From Spirochaetia bacterium (GTDB lineage: Bacteria > Spirochaetota > Spirochaetia > SZUA-6 > Bin103): a DNA stretch of 64,000 bases. Shown piece by piece: positions 56,892 through 64,000 of this stretch. The notes below the pieces were generated by a model. It was given only the letters and a program-made list of their open reading frames with translations, had not been told where the DNA came from and ran no database searches. Positions within the stretch are counted from its first letter, which is position 1. Each line of letters opens with the position of its first letter. Location: NCBI GenBank assembly GCA_965203905.1, contig CBDBDQ010000005.1, positions 1,664,001 to 1,728,000 on the forward strand. Reading direction: 5' to 3'. The position numbers and the translations under genes are program-made.

Positions 56892-59722
56892 CGCTCCTTG
56901 CCGGCGCCGCCGGCGTCATCCCTGGTATACAGCAAGGCGTCCAACTCCGGCGACAGTGCCGCGCGCCGCGCGTGAGTCCCACACCAGGTGGCCAAGTCGT
57001 CGAGTATCCGTCCGACCGCTCCGTCGCCGCGTACGGCGTGCGCGGTCTCGGTCATGATCTCCGGCGCCGCGCCGCGCAGTCCCGCGCTGTCGATCATCGC
57101 TTCCAGGCGATCCAGTATCACCAGGGTCTCATCTTCCTCGAACAGCAGCCCCTGCCCGCGCCGATCCAACCGTCCATTGCGCGCGGCCCTGCTCAGCGCC
57201 GCCCGGAACTCCCGCGGCGACGGCCCGGTCTCCGTCTCCTCCGCGGGCTCGTCCAGGCCGGCATCCCCGGCATCTTCGGCGGCCTCGGGATCTTGCAGAC
57301 CTCCCAGGATCCGATCCAGCATCCCCGGCGCACCCAGATCTTCGATTATCTCCCGCAGATCCTCGAACGACGGAACCATCCGCTCCAGCGACTCGAAGTC
57401 GAACTGCTGCAAGGCCTGCCGCAGCGGCTGGTCCACCAGGGGGGCGAGGCGCTTCGCCGCCTCACGCAAGCGCCGGCGCCCGGGGGCATCGGCGTGCTCG
57501 ACGACCTCGAGCAAACGTGTCGCATCGTAGTCCTCGCGCTCTTCGTAGCGGATCACCGCGAGGTAGAACCGCAACAGGGGGTCGTGATCGGTCGCACGGC
57601 CACCGCGCAGACGGCGTTCCAGCTCGTCGCGAACGGTCTTGCGTCCCTCGCAGGCAAGCAGCGTGTCGAAGCAGGCGGTCAGGCGATCGCCGTCGAGGCG
57701 CGCCAGCAGCGCCTGCCACCACCGGGTCAGGACCGGAGCGACCCGCAGACTCCCGTACAGGATGCGGCAGTCGGCCGGCAGGTCGGCCACCAGCTCCAGC
57801 GCTTCATCCGGGTCGAGCCGGGCGATGGCACCGGCGGCCCGGGCCAGAACCTGGCGCAACGCGGAGGCGATGCCCGGATCGACGTTCTTGACGTTGCGAT
57901 TCTCCCCCAGGTCATGAATCGCCACCGCCAGCGTCCGGAGCCGCGCCGCCGGCGCCAGCGGCTCCAGGAGCGGGGCGGCTACCGCTTCGACACCCGCACC
58001 GGCCTCGGCATCGGCGCCGGCCCGGACCAGTTCCAGGAGCAGGCGCTTGACCCGCAGGATCGGCTCCAGCCGCGGCCGCCGCAGGTCGGCGGCGCGCGCC
58101 AGATCCCGCGCCGCGAGCGGGAATCTGCCGCGCTTGCGGCTCTGATCGGCGGACTTGAGAAAGCCGATCGCCTGCAGGTCGAGGATGCGGTCGTCGTAGG
58201 GGGCGCGCCGGAGCGCCTCGCCGAGCGCCGCCTCGGCACGCCGGTAGGCGTTGCGGGCGTAGTGCTGGGTCGCCAGCTCCAGCCACGGTTCGGGGGCGTC
58301 GGGGTAGCGTGCCGCCAGCTCCTGCAGGATGGCGCTCAGCCGGCCTTCGTCAGCCGTCGGGTTCCGGCGCAACAGGTCGAGCAGGAAGTGATAGCCGGTG
58401 GTGGATTGCGGATCGGCGGCCAGGCTGGCCAGCATCAGGTCAACCAGCACCAGGTCGGGGTCCTGGGGGGGCGTGCCGAGCAGAGAGGCGACGTGCCGGG
58501 TCTCGTCAGCGTCGAGGCCGTACCGGTGAATCCCCGCTTCGGCACCGCTCCGGGCGAGCGATTCGAGCACCCACCCGCGGGCCAGCGGCTGATCTTCCGG
58601 GCACGGGAACGGCACGGACAGGTTGTCGAGGTACATCACCGCGGCGCTCGGATCCCAGATTTCGCCGGGGTCGGCGTGCTGGAGCAGCAGGGTGGCCTGC
58701 GTCGTGATGCTGATGAAGTACTCCTCCGGCACCGTCTGCGCCGCGACGTCGAAGAAAACGGATACCGGCACCGAGCTCTCGAAACATGCCCGCGCCGCGA
58801 TCATCAGCAGGTCGATCCGCGCCGCGAGGGGATTCTCGGGGTAGACGACGTCCGCGAGGCTGACCAGGTGCCGCACGATCTGAGGCTCGGCGCCGCGGTG
58901 CAGCGCCTGGTGCAGCCTGGCGGCCATGGCCGCGACCAGCGCGTCATCGGTGCCGAGCGCCTGCTGGACCGCGGCCGGGCCCGTCACCTCGCCGCCGGCG
59001 GCGCAGCGCTTGAGCTCGGCCACCGTGCCGCTGAGCGCGAATCCCTCCGGCAGCAGGCGGGCGGCGCGCTCGAGGCCGCGGTCGTCGCCGGCGCAGAAGC
59101 TCGCCATCGCCTTGCAGAACGTCCGCCAGGGGGCATAGGGCGAACGCCGCGGAATGCCGTCCAGGAGACCTGCCGCGCATTCCCAGTCCCCGCGGTCCAT
59201 GGCTTCGACGCTGCGTTCCACCGGCGCCGCGTCGCGCCGCAACGGGTGGTCGGCCGGGAGAGATTGCAGCGGCTTCCAGCAACGGTCGATCACCACCCGG
59301 TCAGCCACTACCCGTGCGGCCGTGTCCAGCGGCGGCCGGGTGCCGAGATACTCGGCATAGACCGCCGCCGCCTCGCCCCCGTCCAGGCAGCGCAGATAGC
59401 GGACCAGGTCAGGCTCCGACAGGTCCTGAACCGCGATCGCCGCCTGCTGCTGACCGGCGCGGTCGCGCATGGCGGCCGCCTCCCCGGCCAGGCCCTTGCG
59501 GGCCAACTCGCGCGCGCGTTCGACGCAGGCGCAGAACAGCCACAGGGGCAGCTCACCGGAATCACTCCCCTGACGCGGCACGCGCCGGAGCAGCTCCAGC
59601 GCCTTGCGCGGGTTGCCCTCGTCCAGGTCTTGGCGGGCCTGCGCGAGCAGGCGCTCGGGCGGCAGACGCTGTTGCGGGGAACGCTTCTTCTTGCGGTGCT
59701 TCGCACGCCGCTTAGCGCGCAT
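56885..59722 (-). CDS. Large TPR/alpha-solenoid protein
   Basis: 945 aa, helical. TPR-like units such as PDAPEPWLELA..Y..NAYRRAEAALGEALRRAPYD; basic N-terminus; overlaps the J-domain start. Confidence 0.8.
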   Translation of the reverse strand: MRAKRRAKHRKKKRSPQQRLPPERLLAQARQDLDEGNPRKALELLRRVPRQGSDSGELPLWLFCACVERARELARKGLAGEAAAMRDRAGQQQAAIAVQDLSEPDLVRYLRCLDGGEAAAVYAEYLGTRPPLDTAARVVADRVVIDRCWKPLQSLPADHPLRRDAAPVERSVEAMDRGDWECAAGLLDGIPRRSPYAPWRTFCKAMASFCAGDDRGLERAARLLPEGFALSGTVAELKRCAAGGEVTGPAAVQQALGTDDALVAAMAARLHQALHRGAEPQIVRHLVSLADVVYPENPLAARIDLLMIAARACFESSVPVSVFFDVAAQTVPEEYFISITTQATLLLQHADPGEIWDPSAAVMYLDNLSVPFPCPEDQPLARGWVLESLARSGAEAGIHRYGLDADETRHVASLLGTPPQDPDLVLVDLMLASLAADPQSTTGYHFLLDLLRRNPTADEGRLSAILQELAARYPDAPEPWLELATQHYARNAYRRAEAALGEALRRAPYDDRILDLQAIGFLKSADQSRKRGRFPLAARDLARAADLRRPRLEPILRVKRLLLELVRAGADAEAGAGVEAVAAPLLEPLAPAARLRTLAVAIHDLGENRNVKNVDPGIASALRQVLARAAGAIARLDPDEALELVADLPADCRILYGSLRVAPVLTRWWQALLARLDGDRLTACFDTLLACEGRKTVRDELERRLRGGRATDHDPLLRFYLAVIRYEEREDYDATRLLEVVEHADAPGRRRLREAAKRLAPLVDQPLRQALQQFDFESLERMVPSFEDLREIIEDLGAPGMLDRILGGLQDPEAAEDAGDAGLDEPAEETETGPSPREFRAALSRAARNGRLDRRGQGLLFEEDETLVILDRLEAMIDSAGLRGAAPEIMTETAHAVRGDGAVGRILDDLATWCGTHARRAALSPELDALLYTRDDAGGAGKERC

Positions 59723-59809
59723 GCCGAAAGTGTCGCACCATTGCCCCGGCTCTGTCTCCGGCGGGCTCCGCCCCGCAAACCGCCCGCAACCGCCCGCACC
59801 GGCTGCCGA

Positions 59810-60988
59810 TCAGTACCTGCCGATGGCGGAGAAGTCGAGTTCGATGATCGGTTGCTCGGCCCCTTCCGGGGAGCTGAAGACGATGAAACCGAGGTCGGCG
59901 AGTCGGATGAGCTCGCGGCGGAAGGTGCGCGGGGTGACGGAGCGATACGCGGATCTGACGTAGGGCGACGCCATCAGGTGCGCCAGCGAGATCTGTTTCG
60001 ACGGCTTTTCGGCAAAGGGATCGTCCGGCTCTGTCTCACTGAGCAGGAAAGTCAGCAGGCGGTACTCCCGGTCGTTGAGGATCCGGCGTCGCTTACCCGC
60101 TCTCCGGTTGTACGCCCGCAACATGGTGGAGCGGTACACCAGCCGGTTCAGCTTGGTCTTGATGAAGTTGTTGATGCCGCCGAGTTCCGCGGCAAAGCCC
60201 TTGAGGGCGAAGTTCACGAACGGCGAGACGTGGAACGGCTGCGACGTGCGGCACTCCTGGAGACGCATCTTGTACTCGTCGCCGTTACGGTAGAAGTAGT
60301 TGGACAAGCCGTAGAAGCCATGCACGTTGTAGCCATCCTGGTACAGCATCGCGGCCTCCACCAGCCGCGAGACGCGGCCGTTGCCGTCGCCGAACGGATG
60401 GATGGTGACCAGGAAGAAGTGACCGAGGAGCGCGCGGATCACCGGGTGCTCGCGTAGCATCCTGGCGGAACTGACGAACGCCACGAACCCCTCCATCAAC
60501 TGCGGGATGTCCTCGGGTGGAGCACCACGATGCACCCCGCCGAGCGCGGGTGTTCCGGCGACCACACGGTGACGACGAAATCTACCGGGTACGTTGTCCT
60601 TCTCGTCGGAATCGCGAGTCATCAACCGATGCATCTGCAGGATGTCCTCCAGTTGCAATGGCCGCTTGCCGCTTTCGAATCTGGACCGGACCCAGTCCTG
60701 CGCGTTGCCCGCGTTCCTGATCTGCACCTGCTCGCGCGTCCGGCTCCGTACGGTGTCGCCGCCATCCAATGACTCCGCCACCTGCTCCTCGGATAGCGGA
60801 TTGCCCTCAAGAGCGGTGGTTCCGTGTACCGCACGCACGCGATTGAGCCGGTCGAGCTGGTCGCGCCAGTCCCGCGGCAACATGAGGTTGTAGGCCGTCC
60901 CTCGGTACGCTTCGATCGTGATCAACAGCGTGGGGTCATCGATCTCTAACCGGTAATCGAACTCGAACCGCTCCCAATCCATCGCCAC
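59810..60988 (-). CDS. Fic family protein (class II, N-terminal inhibitory helix)
   Basis: Canonical HPFGDGNGRVSR; inhibitory motif TTALEG; C-terminal wHTH-like region. Confidence 0.93.
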   Translation of the reverse strand: MAMDWERFEFDYRLEIDDPTLLITIEAYRGTAYNLMLPRDWRDQLDRLNRVRAVHGTTALEGNPLSEEQVAESLDGGDTVRSRTREQVQIRNAGNAQDWVRSRFESGKRPLQLEDILQMHRLMTRDSDEKDNVPGRFRRHRVVAGTPALGGVHRGAPPEDIPQLMEGFVAFVSSARMLREHPVIRALLGHFFLVTIHPFGDGNGRVSRLVEAAMLYQDGYNVHGFYGLSNYFYRNGDEYKMRLQECRTSQPFHVSPFVNFALKGFAAELGGINNFIKTKLNRLVYRSTMLRAYNRRAGKRRRILNDREYRLLTFLLSETEPDDPFAEKPSKQISLAHLMASPYVRSAYRSVTPRTFRRELIRLADLGFIVFSSPEGAEQPIIELDFSAIGRY

Positions 60989-60996
60989 TATGACCT

Positions 60997-61063
60997 ATTA
61001 TTTGACCGCGTTTTCGACCAGTCAATTATCTGTATAATATATAATTAATAGTAGTACCGTCAA
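60997..61063 (-). promoter_or_regulatory. AT-rich region with two candidate sigma-70 promoters for fic
   Basis: Minus strand: TTGACT-17-AATAAT (61025-60997) and TTGACG-18-TATTAT (61063-61034). Confidence 0.5.
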
Positions 61064-61066
61064 TTA

Positions 61067-61102
61067 CTTGACGACTTGCTTGACACCTTCCTTGACGTGT
61101 TC
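61067..61102. repeat. Three 12-bp imperfect tandem repeats
   Basis: CTTGACGACTTG / CTTGACACCTTC / CTTGACGTGTTC, with CTTGAC at 61067, 61079 and 61091. Confidence 0.6.
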
Positions 61103-61131
61103 GTGTCCGCATTCGAGGCGGTCCGGGGGCG

Positions 61132-62913
61132 TCAGCGGGACTGGTCGGCGGCCTGGGTGAACCGGGGGACCACCTCCAGCACCCGGTCCACGGCGGCCTC
61201 CCAGAAGGCGGGGCGGGTCAGATCCTCGCCCAGGTGCCGGTGCGCCAGCTCCTCGCAGGTCATGGAGCCGGTGTCCCGCAGCAGGCGGGCGTAGGCGGCG
61301 GCGAAGCCGGGGCCCTCGGCGCGGGCACGTGCCGAGAGGCCGTTGCTGAACAGGTACCCGAACACGTAGGGGAAGTTGTAGAAGGGCATGCCGGTGAGGT
61401 AGAAGTGCAGCTTCGAGGCCCAGAACAGCGGGTGATAGCCATCCGCGGCCAGCCCGTCGCAGTAGGCCTCGCGTTGCGCCTCCACCATCAGCTCGTTCAG
61501 CTCGTCGGCGGTCAGCGGCCCGCGCTCGCGGCGCTCGAAGAAGGCCACCTCGAACAGGAAGCGCGCGCGCAGGTTCATCATCATCGCCACCGCCTCGTCG
61601 CCGATGTTGCCGAGCAGCGCCAGCTCCTCCTCGCCGTCGGCGGCGTCCAGCGCGGCGTCCATGATCAGGGTCTCGCAGAAGGTGCTGGCGGTCTCGGCCA
61701 GGGCCATCGGGTAGCCGGTGGCGAAGTAGGGCCGCTCGCGCAGCAGCCAGGCGTGGTAGGCGTGGCCGAGCTCGTGGGCCAGCGTCGACACGCCGCCGAA
61801 GGTGCGGCCGAAGGTCATGAAGATGCGCGTCTGCCGGCTCAGCGGCAGGTCGGTGCAGAAGCCGCCGGCGGCCTTGCCGGGGCGATCCTCCACCTCGATC
61901 CAGCGTTCGCCGAAGGCATGCCGGGCGAACTCGCCGAGGTCACCGCCGAAGGCCGCGAAGCGCTCCACGATGTAGTCGGCGGCGGCGCCGTAGTCGAAGG
62001 GCCGCTCGTTGCGCGAGACCGGCGCCACCAGGTCGGCCCAGCGCATCCGGTCCACCTCCAGGAGCCGGGCCTTGGACTCGAGGTAGGGCAGCAGGCGGGC
62101 GCTGCGAGCCGCGATCGCCTCCCACATCGCATCCAGGGTCTCGCGCTGCAGGCGGTTGAGATGCAGCGGTTCCCACAGGATGGTGTCCCAGCCGCGGCCG
62201 GCGTAGAGGCTGAGGCGGAAGCCGGCCTGGCTGTTGAGCGTCATCGCGGCCAGGTCCTGCACCTCGCGCCAGGCCTCCTCCATGCCGGCGAACGCGACCG
62301 CGCGCACCGCCCGGTCGGGGTCTTCCAGCCGGTGCACCAGTTGCCCCATGGAGAGGCTGCGCCGCTCGCCGTCGTCACTCACCTCGGCGCGCAGCGAGCC
62401 GGCCAGCTTGTCGTACAGCCGGCTCCAGGCGTGGTAGCCGTTGGCGGCCAGGGTCTCGGCCAGGGACTCGCGCTCCGGGTCCATCTTGCGCCGCGCCAGG
62501 GTGCGCTGCCGTTCCAGGAAGAAGGCGATGGCGGCCGGCCCCGGCTGCTCGCCGACGCGGCGCCAGGCGGCGTCCGACAGGCGCAGCAGGCGCTTGTCGA
62601 TCTCCACCTCGACGGTCTTGAGGCGCGCCTCCATGGCGTCCAGGCGGCCGCCGAGCTGGGTGGCCACCGCATCCCCGGTATCTGCCGCCGCCAGGCACTC
62701 CACGAAGCTGTACGCCTCGCCCAGCTCCGCGGCGCGCTGCTGCCAGGCCGCGATCGCCTCGGCCCACTCCCCCGGATCCGCTCCGAGCGCCGCCACTTGC
62801 TCGGCCAGGGCATCTATGCCCTTGTCCAGCCGGCGCAGGAACTGCGCCAGCTCCGCAGAACCCGAGCCACCGGCGAAGATCGCCTCCATATCCCACGTTT
62901 CCTGCAATTGCAT
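61132..62913 (-). CDS. pepF: M3 family oligoendopeptidase F
   Basis: WD...IF, RPGK..GGFC, TLAHELGHAYH, AETAS.F.E, WASKLHFY, FYNFPY.FGYL. Confidence 0.93.
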   Translation of the reverse strand: MQLQETWDMEAIFAGGSGSAELAQFLRRLDKGIDALAEQVAALGADPGEWAEAIAAWQQRAAELGEAYSFVECLAAADTGDAVATQLGGRLDAMEARLKTVEVEIDKRLLRLSDAAWRRVGEQPGPAAIAFFLERQRTLARRKMDPERESLAETLAANGYHAWSRLYDKLAGSLRAEVSDDGERRSLSMGQLVHRLEDPDRAVRAVAFAGMEEAWREVQDLAAMTLNSQAGFRLSLYAGRGWDTILWEPLHLNRLQRETLDAMWEAIAARSARLLPYLESKARLLEVDRMRWADLVAPVSRNERPFDYGAAADYIVERFAAFGGDLGEFARHAFGERWIEVEDRPGKAAGGFCTDLPLSRQTRIFMTFGRTFGGVSTLAHELGHAYHAWLLRERPYFATGYPMALAETASTFCETLIMDAALDAADGEEELALLGNIGDEAVAMMMNLRARFLFEVAFFERRERGPLTADELNELMVEAQREAYCDGLAADGYHPLFWASKLHFYLTGMPFYNFPYVFGYLFSNGLSARARAEGPGFAAAYARLLRDTGSMTCEELAHRHLGEDLTRPAFWEAAVDRVLEVVPRFTQAADQSR

Positions 62914-62991
62914 CGCTCACTCCTTTGTATGTGAGGCTGTCGCAATCCGACAGCTTCATAGTGTATCGTAGCGCCGGCACCTCGGTTTTTC

Positions 62992-64000
62992 ATGGACTGG
63001 AAAGAATATCTTCAAGAGACACAGGGCAGCGTGGTCGACGAGCTGCTCGCCTTCATTCGCATACCCAGCGTCAGCGCCCTGCCGGCGCACGCGGCCGACG
63101 TGGCCGCCGCCGGCGCCTGGGTGCACGCGCGACTCGAAGCCGCCGGGCTGGAACACGTGCAGACCCTGGCGACCGGCGGCCACCCGGTGGTGTACGCCGA
63201 CTGGCTGCACGCGCCGGGCGCTCCCACCGTGCTGATCTACGGCCACTTCGACGTGCAGCCCGCGCTGGCGGAGGACGGCTGGAGCGGTCCTCCGTTCGAA
63301 CCGCGGCTGGCCGACGACCGCATCTACGCCCGCGGCGCCTCCGACGACAAGGGCAACATGTTCGCCCCCATCGTCGCGGTGGAGGCGCTGCTGCGAACCC
63401 GCGGCGTGCTGCCGGTCAACGTCAAGTTCCTGCTGGAGGGCCAGGAGGAGATCGGCAGCCCGCAGCTCGGCGCCTTCGTGAGCGCCAACCGGGAGTTGCT
63501 GGGGTGCGACCTGGCGCTGTCGGCGGACGGCTCGCAGTGGAGCGAGCGGGAGCCCACGCTGCTGCTGTCGCTGCGCGGCATCTGCGCCCTGCAGGTGGAC
63601 ATCGGCGGGCCGCGGAACGACATGCACTCCGGCATGTACGGCGGCACGATCCGGAACCCGTTGCATGCCCTGGCCGAGTTGATCGCCGGGCTGCACGACG
63701 GCGATGGCCGGGTGGCGGTGGCCGGGTTCTACGACGGCGTGGCGGACCCCACCCCGGAGCAGCGCGGGCAGTACGCCAGGGTACCGTTCGACGAGACCGC
63801 GTACCTGGCCGCCACCGGCGTCCCCGAGCTGTACGGCGAGCGCGGCTGGTCCACCTACGAGCGGGAGTGGATCCGGCCCACGCTGGAGGTGAACGGCATG
63901 TGGGGCGGCTTCCAGGGCGACGGCACCAAGACCGTGCTGCCGGCCACGGCCCACGCCAAGATCACCTGCCGGCTGGTCGCCGACCAGCAGCCGGCGCGCA
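62992..64000 (+). CDS. M20/M25/M40 family dipeptidase, runs off the window end
   Basis: Not in the ORF track because it has no stop. Translates MDWKEYL...IPSVSA...YGHFDVQP...ARGASDDKG...EGQEEIGS...DMHSG..GG...NP. Confidence 0.93.
   Translation, partial: MDWKEYLQETQGSVVDELLAFIRIPSVSALPAHAADVAAAGAWVHARLEAAGLEHVQTLATGGHPVVYADWLHAPGAPTVLIYGHFDVQPALAEDGWSGPPFEPRLADDRIYARGASDDKGNMFAPIVAVEALLRTRGVLPVNVKFLLEGQEEIGSPQLGAFVSANRELLGCDLALSADGSQWSEREPTLLLSLRGICALQVDIGGPRNDMHSGMYGGTIRNPLHALAELIAGLHDGDGRVAVAGFYDGVADPTPEQRGQYARVPFDETAYLAATGVPELYGERGWSTYEREWIRPTLEVNGMWGGFQGDGTKTVLPATAHAKITCRLVADQQPAR

Noticed and set aside
62956-63954. 332-aa minus-strand ORF
   Set aside because: Antisense to the plus-strand M20 peptidase, which the ORF track missed because it lacks a stop in the window.

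Overview
GC-rich bacterial chromosomal window mixing metabolic genes with accessory and defence DNA. In order: (1) 3' part of a siroheme nitrite/sulfite reductase, a hypothetical gene and amtB. (2) A lower-GC patch (3.5-12 kb) with a tandem P-loop ATPase + ATPase-wHTH-TPR pair, a P450, an intact vapBC, and several toxin-antitoxin modules whose toxin is cut to a stub. (3) Housekeeping and lipid genes, including a desaturase-acpS-(acyl-AMP ligase/ACP/acyltransferase) cluster and two ABC transporters. (4) A defence island (about 34.2-42.4 kb) in which an E2-only CBASS (CD-NTase, E2, patatin), a divergent XRE-metallopeptidase + PIN pair and DUF5131 lie between the deleted remains of a SNF2 helicase/DUF3883 gene and a DUF499 ATPase gene. 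(5) A five-gene nitrate assimilation operon behind a consensus sigma-54 promoter. (6) hicBA. (7) A tightly coupled, non-housekeeping Hsp70 operon (large TPR protein, J-domain with HPP in place of HPD, GrpE, Hsp70, Zn-ribbon/TPR protein) directly downstream of a class II Fic gene. (8) Oligoendopeptidase F and a 3'-truncated M20 peptidase. The best candidates for an undescribed system are the Fic + specialised Hsp70 operon and the regulatory and genomic context of the CBASS. All calls come from motif recognition by eye; no database searches were run. No rRNA, tRNA, CRISPR array, transposase or integrase was recognised.
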